This document shows positions 10,413 through 18,228 of a stretch of 64,000 bases of DNA, piece by piece. The stretch is taken from the IMG/VR virus record IMGVR_UViG_3300005670_000019. The stretch is one strand, 5' to 3'. Position numbers and translations under genes: made by a program. Each line of letters begins with the position of its first letter. The first letter of the stretch is position 1. The notes beneath the pieces are model-generated. The model was not told the origin of the DNA and did no database searches. It saw only the letters and a program-made list of their open reading frames with translations. This stretch comes from a virus. Lineage: Duplodnaviria; Caudoviricetes.

Positions 10413-10445
10413 CGTAACTAAAACAAAAAATTCGACAAGCATTAG

Positions 10446-10474
10446 TTGAAAATCAACCTCCAGCCTGTTATATT
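10446..10474 (+). promoter_or_regulatory. Sigma70-type early promoter P4 (TTGAAA-17-TATATT, extended TG)
   Basis: -35 at 10446-10451, -10 at 10469-10474. ATG 10481 at expected +1 with no SD. Confidence 0.75.
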
Positions 10475-10480
10475 GTAATC

Positions 10481-10681
10481 ATGGGAAAGACGGTTAGCAA
10501 GGCACAGCGGTTCTCGAAGCGTGATAGCCGGGACCACGAAGACATGAAGGGCTTCCTCCGCTCGAAGCAGAAGGGACCGCAAAAGATGCGTCCCCGAGAC
10601 TATCGCGAGCTGACGAGTGAAGATTGGCAAAGCCTCTTGCTCGAAGAGCTTGCCGAATCATCTTCGGATCCGGGTGAGTGA
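10481..10681 (+). CDS. Small protein, basic N-terminus and acidic C-terminus (66 aa), probably leaderless
   Basis: ATG 7 nt after the -10 of P4. Confidence 0.65.
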   Translation: MGKTVSKAQRFSKRDSRDHEDMKGFLRSKQKGPQKMRPRDYRELTSEDWQSLLLEELAESSSDPGE

Positions 10682-10712
10682 ACGTTCTAACGATTCCATT
10701 CGAAAGAAAACC

Positions 10713-11165
10713 ATGCGAAACAGTCGACAGCTAAAGAAGGCAGTACAGGCGAGCCTCGAAGTGGCAGAGGCACTTGCTCTCGTCAGTGACGAACGATTCC
10801 AGAGTCGAGCGCGTGCTCTGATCAAGTCGCAACAGCAAATCGACGAGCGCCTTTTGGAGCTTTTCGCGGACGTGCGTAAGGCAGAAGGTGTGCGCGAAGA
10901 GCACGTTCGTCCACCGGACGAACCTTACGACGTGGGAACATGGGTTCACGTTCGTGTGAAGGTGATGGACGGTGGTGGAGCGAAGTTTGCTGCCGATGAC
11001 ATTCGTCGCTTGGAGCATCCTCTCGTTCGATGCCTGATCGTTCAGAACCATCTTTCGCCAGGTTGGAAGCTTCCAAAGGGCGGCTACTTTCTGGAGACGG
11101 AAGAGGGTGAGCAGAAGCTTTCGTTCCTTTTCTTCGAGGAAGATTTCGAAAAGGTTGGGTGGTGA
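10713..11165 (+). CDS. Hypothetical protein (~150 aa)
   Basis: Track ORF 10617-11165; likely start ATG 10713 (MRNSRQLKK). Confidence 0.6.
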   Translation: MRNSRQLKKAVQASLEVAEALALVSDERFQSRARALIKSQQQIDERLLELFADVRKAEGVREEHVRPPDEPYDVGTWVHVRVKVMDGGGAKFAADDIRRLEHPLVRCLIVQNHLSPGWKLPKGGYFLETEEGEQKLSFLFFEEDFEKVGW

Positions 11166-11166
11166 C

Positions 11167-11421
11167 ATGAATCCGAACGCAACCGAAACTGAGAAGATGC
11201 TCCGCCTCGACGAGTTGAAGGACAAGATTGAATGCGCTCAACGAGCCCGTAATCATCTATCGAACGCGTACGGGGACGGGATTGTTGCTGAGCTTTTCGA
11301 GGCTGGCGATAGGGACCGGCTTCTCCGACTTGAGGAGAGTGCAAAGAGGATCATTTACGACCTTTGCACGGAATATGACGAACTTCACCGCGAGATTTAT
11401 GGGGTGCGGGAGTCGGATTGA
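11167..11421 (+). CDS. Hypothetical helical protein (84 aa)
   Basis: ATG 11167 right after the previous stop, with a GGTGGTGA SD-like sequence. Confidence 0.65.
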   Translation: MNPNATETEKMLRLDELKDKIECAQRARNHLSNAYGDGIVAELFEAGDRDRLLRLEESAKRIIYDLCTEYDELHREIYGVRESD

Positions 11422-11445
11422 CCAAAACTTGGTGAGACAATAAAC

Positions 11446-11805
11446 ATGAGACTTCTTTGGAAACTTTTTTTGGATGACGAACGTGACCTTGCCTATATCG
11501 GCGAGGAAGGTCATCTTGAGTGGCGCGTGGCTCGCTCTGTTGAAGAGGCAAAAAAGCTTGTCGAAAAGCTTGGAATGCCTGTTGAAATGTCTCTCGATCA
11601 CGACCTTGGTGTTGTGAATGGAGAATGCTCGACGACGATGGAGTTTCTCAAGTGGCTCCAAGAATGGTGGGACGCAAACAAGCGTCCGCGTGTCCCGGAT
11701 TTCCAAGCTCACAGCGCCAATCCCGTAGGTGTGCAGAACATTCGAAGTTTCATGCGGAGCTGGCTTCGTTTCGAAGAAATGGAGAACAATGTTCCTAACA
11801 GTTGA
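11446..11805 (+). CDS. Cyclic-phosphate-processing receiver (cREC)-like domain protein
   Basis: Motifs LFLDDER, ARSVEEA, SLDHDLG and HSANPVG match this phage-common REC-like family. Confidence 0.75.
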   Translation: MRLLWKLFLDDERDLAYIGEEGHLEWRVARSVEEAKKLVEKLGMPVEMSLDHDLGVVNGECSTTMEFLKWLQEWWDANKRPRVPDFQAHSANPVGVQNIRSFMRSWLRFEEMENNVPNS

Positions 11806-11902
11806 GGAGCTGGAAAAGCTTCCGGCGTGGAATAAGTTTCGAAACAGTCATGATGTTTCGGCAGTATCTAAAGGTTCCAATAAACCGAAGGCAACTGAAT
11901 GA
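11789..11902 (+). CDS. Small protein (37 aa, MFLTVEELEKLPAWNKFRNSH...)
   Basis: Below track cutoff. GGAG RBS; stop overlaps the next ATG (ATGA). Confidence 0.5.
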   Translation: MFLTVEELEKLPAWNKFRNSHDVSAVSKGSNKPKATE

Positions 11903-12144
11903 AAATCATTATTCGATCCCCTCTGCATAAACAGGCAAGAGCAGAGCTTTCTGAGGTGTATAAAAAGATTTGCACGTTGCTCAAAAAGCGCAATTTCATA
12001 CCTCTTCAAGTGTTTACACCTGTATATGAAGGAAACACACTCACTCTTGAGTTTAGGCAGACCGAGCATGTCATTCTGGTTCTAAATGAGCTTAGATGGC
12101 TTTTGGCACAGAAAGCCACATGGAATTATGAGGTCCTGCGGTGA
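11899..12144 (+). CDS. Hypothetical protein (81 aa)
   Basis: Translationally coupled ORF in the island. Confidence 0.55.
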   Translation: MKIIIRSPLHKQARAELSEVYKKICTLLKKRNFIPLQVFTPVYEGNTLTLEFRQTEHVILVLNELRWLLAQKATWNYEVLR

Positions 12145-12250
12145 ATTCTATAGCAAATTTGAACGACACCCTCGTTGGCAGCAGGTTTTTGAGCAAACTG
12201 AAGAGTCAGTTCTAGTTGATTGGAGTCAATATGACCAAAGAAGAGTGTGA
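12128..12250 (+). CDS. Possible small protein (40 aa, MRSCGEFYSKFERHPRWQQVF...)
   Basis: Below track cutoff; fills the gap between neighbouring genes with short overlaps. Confidence 0.35.
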   Translation: MRSCGEFYSKFERHPRWQQVFEQTEESVLVDWSQYDQRRV

Positions 12251-12446
12251 AAAGTTTGTCACGGCGACCTGCAAGGCGAAGGGAGAAAAGACCCTTAATT
12301 ACTTGCGTATCAACTCGTGCTACATCCTCCCTGACCATATTGTTTCGATCGAAATTTTCCGGACGTTGACATGGTCATTCCGGTGGAAGTGGGGCTTGAG
12401 GGTTGAGCTAAGCACGGGTCGAACTCTGCGCGTCACCGACATTTGA
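12231..12446 (+). CDS. Hypothetical protein (71 aa)
   Basis: GGAG RBS before ATG 12231 (MTKEECEK). Confidence 0.55.
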   Translation: MTKEECEKFVTATCKAKGEKTLNYLRINSCYILPDHIVSIEIFRTLTWSFRWKWGLRVELSTGRTLRVTDI

Positions 12447-12519
12447 GGTTGAATATGACTGCTGAACAAACATCAAATTTTGCCGGGAAAAGTGAGTTTA
12501 GAAAATCGGCTGGCATTAA

Positions 12520-12548
12520 TTGAAAATCCAAGCCCGATTTGTTATATT
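12520..12548 (+). promoter_or_regulatory. Sigma70-type early promoter P5 (TTGAAA-17-TATATT, extended TG)
   Basis: -35 at 12520-12525, -10 at 12543-12548. Leader has a GGGCT...AGCCC hairpin before the AAGGA RBS. Confidence 0.75.
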
Positions 12549-12598
12549 GGAAGCATCAGATAAGGGCTTGGAAAAAGAGCCCGAAACCAAAGGAAAAA

Positions 12599-13162
12599 AT
12601 GATGCGTTTCGATTCGATTTTCATGGTGTTTTCGGTGGTGTTTGCGCTGGGAGCTTGTTCAGCAAGCGTTCTTCCCGTCGAACCCGACTGTCTTTCGCTC
12701 TGCGAGCAGGGAGCACTTTGTTCGGTGGCGGACGGGGTTTCATGCGAGGTCACGTGCCAGCGTTGGGAAGAGGCAACGGACCGCTATTCTTGCGAGCCGC
12801 AGTATCAAGCAGTTCTGGATTGCGCAGAAGCAAACCTTGAGTGCGGACCCTGTCTTGAGGTCCAGCAGGCTTGGGCTTCGTGCGTGGTTGACGGAATGAT
12901 GACGAGTGCATCTTCGTATTGCAATACGTGGACATGCATGTCTTATCCCGCACGCCCTTCGGATCATACTGAATGCGTTGGTTGGGTTCAGGAATGGATT
13001 TTCCTTGCGGATGTTGAGCCTGCGATTTCATGGATCGAGCGTGGAAATGAAATCGATGAGTGTGCTCGATGCACCGAGGAAAACTTTGGCGTTCAGAACT
13101 TCGACGAGTGTAATCTTGGCGAGGCTCTTTGGAAGACGACCTGCCCTGTCTGTAGGGATTGA
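12599..13162 (+). CDS. Cysteine-rich lipoprotein (187 aa)
   Basis: Signal peptide with lipobox FALGA-C; many CxxxC/CxxC pairs in the mature part; RBS AAGGA before ATG 12599. Confidence 0.75.
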   Translation: MMRFDSIFMVFSVVFALGACSASVLPVEPDCLSLCEQGALCSVADGVSCEVTCQRWEEATDRYSCEPQYQAVLDCAEANLECGPCLEVQQAWASCVVDGMMTSASSYCNTWTCMSYPARPSDHTECVGWVQEWIFLADVEPAISWIERGNEIDECARCTEENFGVQNFDECNLGEALWKTTCPVCRD

Positions 13163-13175
13163 ACCGGAGGATTTG

Positions 13176-13433
13176 ATGGAACAGAAAGTGTTTGGTAAGC
13201 TGATTCATGAGGACATTCTCGAAGCGGCGCGAGGATGGTTGTCTCGTGGAGCATTCCTTCGTTCGCTAACTGTGAATGAGCGTACCGGAGAAATTCAATA
13301 CATTATCTGGTCAACTGACCACACCGAAAATAGAGTCATCGGAAAAACGTTCATCGACAGTGATGGAAACGCAGTTGGTCACGGAGAGGGCGTTCGTGTT
13401 TTGGAGACTCTCGTTGAGAGTCAAGATTCCTGA
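13176..13433 (+). CDS. Hypothetical protein (85 aa)
   Basis: GGAGG RBS before ATG 13176 (MEQKVFGK). The track's upstream extension overlaps the lipoprotein gene. Confidence 0.65.
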   Translation: MEQKVFGKLIHEDILEAARGWLSRGAFLRSLTVNERTGEIQYIIWSTDHTENRVIGKTFIDSDGNAVGHGEGVRVLETLVESQDS

Positions 13434-13437
13434 TCGT

Positions 13438-14673
13438 TCAATCAAAGAACGGTTGTCCTGAGCGGTACAGATAGTCATAAATTCCACTATCACGTGGATT
13501 GAAATCGGTGGCAGTTGAAGAGGTAGCATACCAGACAGCACGTTGATAACTGGTCGAACCCGAAACAAAAGTGATGGATACCGGAGCATAAATACTTGCT
13601 CCGGTATTTTTGTTTATGGTCGCACAACCTTGGCGTTGCTCTAACATGTCGCGCAAGTAACCAAAATGGGTTCTTGAGAAGCGAGCACCGACTGGCTTGG
13701 CAATGGAGCTTTCAAGCCCATACTTGAAGCCGCGGATGATTGGAACGGAAACGTACGAAGAGTTTGCAAGTGCTGACGACCCAGGTTTGTACTGAAAACC
13801 GAAGGTTGGTTGATATCGTCCAATGTCAATAACGGTCGTTGCTTGAGCGCCTTCATTGACGCCGTTTCTGTTGCTAAGTTTGCCACCATCGCCGATTCCA
13901 TAGAAAGTCTTAGAAAGGTCTTGCCAAGATGGAGAACCAAGTTCTTTTTCTTTCCAAACCAAGGATGATGTTGCAGATGTAATCATTGAACAGAGGAATA
14001 CAGGAATCGAGTTAACAACTGTGTTGCTCTCGGCATAGATTATGAGTCGCGCAAGAAAATTTGAGCCTGATGCTGGGGACACAGGAGTTCCTGAACTATC
14101 AACTGCAAGTCTTTGTTCGACTGCGAGAGAAGCATCTTGACGAAGTGTCTTTTGAAGAAGACGATATTTCGTTTGAAACGGAAATTCATCTCTCCAGTTA
14201 CAGTCAACCCCGTCAAAAGTCGGGTCAGATGAGTCGTCTATTGGGTTTGTGCTATAAGCAATTTCAAACCCCTGTCTTCCAAGTCCTTGAACACCCCAAC
14301 GCTCTCCACCATAAGGAGTTGTTGAAGAAGTAGTAAAAAGAGCCGGAACGGCAGCATTCACTCTCAGAATAGAAACAGGATGTGGGATAAATGTATCAGC
14401 AATGTATTCATCACCGTCAAAAAATGAAGTATTTCTGGTGAAACTTCCAATAAACGATCCTGTTTCGTAAGCAGATCGTAACCAGTATGGAACATAATAG
14501 TCTTGAAAAACGCTAAGATTTAGTCCGTCTATTTTTCCACCGACATCATATCGAGGATCACCACTTATACTTGGAGTTTGATTGAATAGAAAATCACCAA
14601 AGAGAACTCTATCAACAGATGAGCTTTGGAAACTGTTTTTACTTTCAATATCAAACTGGTCGAATACAGGCAT
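13438..14673 (-). CDS. Probable virion/baseplate-associated protein (411 aa)
   Basis: Last gene of the baseplate operon; Ser/Thr/Gly-rich; TAATG coupling. Confidence 0.55.
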   Translation of the reverse strand: MPVFDQFDIESKNSFQSSSVDRVLFGDFLFNQTPSISGDPRYDVGGKIDGLNLSVFQDYYVPYWLRSAYETGSFIGSFTRNTSFFDGDEYIADTFIPHPVSILRVNAAVPALFTTSSTTPYGGERWGVQGLGRQGFEIAYSTNPIDDSSDPTFDGVDCNWRDEFPFQTKYRLLQKTLRQDASLAVEQRLAVDSSGTPVSPASGSNFLARLIIYAESNTVVNSIPVFLCSMITSATSSLVWKEKELGSPSWQDLSKTFYGIGDGGKLSNRNGVNEGAQATTVIDIGRYQPTFGFQYKPGSSALANSSYVSVPIIRGFKYGLESSIAKPVGARFSRTHFGYLRDMLEQRQGCATINKNTGASIYAPVSITFVSGSTSYQRAVWYATSSTATDFNPRDSGIYDYLYRSGQPFFD

Positions 14674-17366
14674 TATTCAATTACCTTTCGAATGGTATTA
14701 GAAGTAAGTATTTGATCAAGTGTTTCGTGATATTCTTTTCCTTCTACAACGTAAGAACCATACAATCTTACCTTGAACTTACCCGGAAGGATAGAAAGTG
14801 TAGGACCACGGTTTACAGATGAAGAAGTGAATGGAAATGCGTCTGTATATTCACTCTTACCAATGTAAGCACCCTGGAATCCAAAGATCAAGTTATCTGT
14901 TGGTTGCAAAACGTAAGGTGTCGCTTGTTGGAGTTTCGGATAAACCTTTTCAGTTCCGGTAAGAACATCGGTGGTGTTGTATCGTTCAATACCAACAACA
15001 TTTCGTAAAAGGTTTCTACTGTCAGCAGAGCCATACTGCCCAACACCTGATCGACCACCATAGCTTCCTGGGTTTTGAATTTCATTATGAGCGCCTGCGA
15101 TAACAGGACCAGGCAAAGTCATTTTGATGCTATCGCCAGGAGCGATAGTTTGAATGGTTCTTTGAATATCTTGAGTTGGATAACATAGGTTTGCAGATCC
15201 GGAAATAACAATGGAACCAGTGTAATCAAACCTAATTCTTTCCCAATCATTATCTTGTCCACATAAGAAATATGGAATATTTCTTGAATTCAAAGCTGAT
15301 TTTGCAGCAATCCAAGCACTATCCGTATCAATGGAAGCTGTTGGAGCTGCCAAGAAAGCAAACTGATTGAATGAAACCAAATCCAATGATGAAGTTGTGG
15401 CAGCAAACGAAACAAGATATTCCGTTTTTACGGAAGTTCCCGAGGCAAGATCAATTGTTGGAGCAATCGTTCCAGAAAAATAGTTTTTCATTTTTCTTTG
15501 ATTCAGAATGAAAAACGTATTGATTGCTTCACCATGAGAACCACCTGTTCCTTGTGCCCAATAATCTCTGGAGAAATGAGAGCAACTGAACTCAACAACG
15601 ACTTTTTCAAGAACGAAAGGTTGTTTGATTTTGTCTGTCAAGGGAATAAGAATAGAAGAAGATCCGGGTGCGTAATTGGATCCAAAGGAATTGTATGGAA
15701 TATGATATTTGTCATCAAATGGAAATCCGAATTCACTGATCGGTGCTTGACTGAAGTATGTTGCATATTGCGAGTTGGCGACGTTCGGAACAAATGGCAA
15801 GAATCCAACAGCCTTATCAGACAAATAGGCTTGGGCGGTGACTTGAGAAGCTTCACTGTCACCTAGAAATCCGACAAAAGTATCATAAATATCTTGGTAG
15901 TAATTCCAACTTCTATTGCTTCCGACTCCCCAAAATGCTTGAGCATCCGGGTTCCAATACATCATCGCATAATCGTTTCCTTCACTATTTCCATTTGAAG
16001 CGGAACGATATCCTACAGAACTTGTATGAAGAACTTCATAATCAAACTCAAGAACAGTCTTTGACCAAAGGGGTTCTTGGAACCCTTCACCAGCATCAAT
16101 GACGGATGATCCTGTAGCGAAAAAATCCAATCCATTTGATTTGCCGTCAGAGGCATATTGATTACCATCAGAAAATGGCAATGTTTCTTTCTCTTCAAAA
16201 AATGAAACAAAACCATCTGCTACATTTACGGTTGCGCGAGCATTTGGAACAATCATTGAAGAAGTGAATTCTGTGCTATTGATCCACTGATTTTGTGTAT
16301 TCAAACCAATAGGGTAAACAACACCACCTTGTTCATCCAAAACCAAGGAAGAGCGACAGTTGTATATCTTCCTAACTTCTTCGGCTGAAAGAGCCTTACC
16401 AAAAATTGCAACTTCGTTCAGATAACCACCCCAGCGATTTGTCTCGGAGTCCGGATTTCTTCCAAACCAAATTGGTTCTGTGATGTTTGCAATCTCAACA
16501 AAAGTTCCAAAAGAAAGATTTTGTGTTGCAAAATCTGTTTCTCCATTTATATAAAGATCCAAAGACGGAGAAGATCCGGAATGATAAACGGCTGCAATAT
16601 GCATCCAGTCATTTTGATTTGAAGAAAATCTTGGAAGATTTTTGATTATAGAAATAGAGCCGCCGGAATTAGAATCGACAACAACGAAAGCAACATAAGG
16701 TGATGCTCCTCCCGCTTCTACACCTCCCATTTGAATGTTGAATTCGTCGGTGCGATAAATAATATATCCTTCTCCATCACCGAAGGCTTCTTCAGGTTTT
16801 ACCCAAACAGTGAAACTCAAATCAGATCTGGATAGATCGATTTGATCTTCTGTGTTTATGAATTGAATATTGAAATTGTCATTATCTTCATGATTATTCC
16901 AAAAAAAACGAGGGGTACGATCAAGTTTTCCAAAAGAATTGAAGTTCAATCCTAAATCGTCTTTTGTGTATGCGTAATCCGGATATTGATTTCTTTGAAT
17001 ACTTGTTGTTATTTGTGTAAACTGCTGATACAGGAAAACACTTCCGGAAACCAAAGCTTCTTCAGCTTGCACACTCAAACACCTCGGCAAGAAACTTGGA
17101 GAAAAATATTCAACTTTGAAGTTTTGTTCAAAAGATTTTGTTCCGGGATTTCCAATTCTTTCCGAAAGGGAATTATCACTATTCATTTTGAAGTAAAGCC
17201 ACAAATCATCTTTCCAAGTATTTGAACTTGAAGGATAAGTCGCAAAAGTAATGGCACTTCGATCGTCCCAAAATGTGTTTGTTGAAGATCCGGCATTCTC
17301 TCTGTTTTGAAGTTGTAGACGCGGAGGCAAACCCTTTGCTCTACTTCGTTTGTTTGAACGTGGCAT
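14673..17366 (-). CDS. LamG/concanavalin-A-like domain virion protein (897 aa)
   Basis: LamG signature: LSFTVWVKP, WMHIAAVY, LYING, GYLNEVAIFGKALSAEEV. Confidence 0.75.
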   Translation of the reverse strand: MPRSNKRSRAKGLPPRLQLQNRENAGSSTNTFWDDRSAITFATYPSSSNTWKDDLWLYFKMNSDNSLSERIGNPGTKSFEQNFKVEYFSPSFLPRCLSVQAEEALVSGSVFLYQQFTQITTSIQRNQYPDYAYTKDDLGLNFNSFGKLDRTPRFFWNNHEDNDNFNIQFINTEDQIDLSRSDLSFTVWVKPEEAFGDGEGYIIYRTDEFNIQMGGVEAGGASPYVAFVVVDSNSGGSISIIKNLPRFSSNQNDWMHIAAVYHSGSSPSLDLYINGETDFATQNLSFGTFVEIANITEPIWFGRNPDSETNRWGGYLNEVAIFGKALSAEEVRKIYNCRSSLVLDEQGGVVYPIGLNTQNQWINSTEFTSSMIVPNARATVNVADGFVSFFEEKETLPFSDGNQYASDGKSNGLDFFATGSSVIDAGEGFQEPLWSKTVLEFDYEVLHTSSVGYRSASNGNSEGNDYAMMYWNPDAQAFWGVGSNRSWNYYQDIYDTFVGFLGDSEASQVTAQAYLSDKAVGFLPFVPNVANSQYATYFSQAPISEFGFPFDDKYHIPYNSFGSNYAPGSSSILIPLTDKIKQPFVLEKVVVEFSCSHFSRDYWAQGTGGSHGEAINTFFILNQRKMKNYFSGTIAPTIDLASGTSVKTEYLVSFAATTSSLDLVSFNQFAFLAAPTASIDTDSAWIAAKSALNSRNIPYFLCGQDNDWERIRFDYTGSIVISGSANLCYPTQDIQRTIQTIAPGDSIKMTLPGPVIAGAHNEIQNPGSYGGRSGVGQYGSADSRNLLRNVVGIERYNTTDVLTGTEKVYPKLQQATPYVLQPTDNLIFGFQGAYIGKSEYTDAFPFTSSSVNRGPTLSILPGKFKVRLYGSYVVEGKEYHETLDQILTSNTIRKVIE

Positions 17367-17369
17367 TCT

Positions 17370-18227
17370 TCACCCTCTCAAAAGACCGGCATATGCGATC
17401 GAATCGGTACCATATCTTGCATTACCAGCATCGATAATGGTTCCTGCTGTAGTTGATTTTACTGTAAATTTCTGTCGAATGTCTTCGCTCAAATCAAAAT
17501 CCAGGCGATTCAGCACAGAAATGAAATCTGAATTTGTGGTATTGATCTGTTTTACAATTTCTTCATCCTTAGTTTCGTCCCAAGGACGAATCAACGTTTC
17601 TTGATAAGCAACATAACCATGAATGGTTATGCCTCCCATAGTCTCTTGACCTTCATCAAGAAAATATCTTACTTGAAGAGGATCTTGGTAGTCTATAAAC
17701 TGTTCAATTCTATTTGAGCGTCTATCAAGAGTTTCAAAGTTGTTTCCATCTTCCAGTGTTCCATGAATTTGTCTTGGAAAGAATGGACCTGAATGGTCTT
17801 TCCTGTAAGGAATCGTCAACGGTTCAATGATTGCCTCCTCCTCAGATTGTGGTCCATCATTGAAATAAATTGGTGTTGGGTAACTGTCTCCAGAGCTCAA
17901 ATAAGCAACAGGGTTGAATTCGGGAAGTTCTTCCCAAATTAGTGAGTTTTCATATTCAACCCATGATCTTGCTTGACCAATTGGATTTGTTCTTGTGTAA
18001 TGACGAATGTTTCCAGACCAAAGTTTTGGTTGAGAGCTTCCGTAAAGTTCACGATATCCTCTAAGTTCCACACCTTGACGATAGGCATCAATTTGTCTTG
18101 TGTTGACTCCTTCACGAGTTGATTCAAACTTCAACACTGCTCGTGCAACAAGAATGGAATCAGTCGCATCATTGAACGGAGTAAATTCCGTTGCAAACTC
18201 CCATTCATTATCAGAAAAAACACTCAT
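17370..18227 (-). CDS. Probable virion structural protein (285 aa)
   Basis: Located inside the baseplate operon; no catalytic motif recognised. Confidence 0.55.
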   Translation of the reverse strand: MSVFSDNEWEFATEFTPFNDATDSILVARAVLKFESTREGVNTRQIDAYRQGVELRGYRELYGSSQPKLWSGNIRHYTRTNPIGQARSWVEYENSLIWEELPEFNPVAYLSSGDSYPTPIYFNDGPQSEEEAIIEPLTIPYRKDHSGPFFPRQIHGTLEDGNNFETLDRRSNRIEQFIDYQDPLQVRYFLDEGQETMGGITIHGYVAYQETLIRPWDETKDEEIVKQINTTNSDFISVLNRLDFDLSEDIRQKFTVKSTTAGTIIDAGNARYGTDSIAYAGLLRG

Positions 18228-18228
18228 A

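Noticed and set aside
10290-10429. Known self-cleaving ribozyme
   Set aside because: No hammerhead CTGATGA/GAAA core and no twister, pistol or HDV consensus recognised by eye. Kept only as a generic structured RNA candidate.
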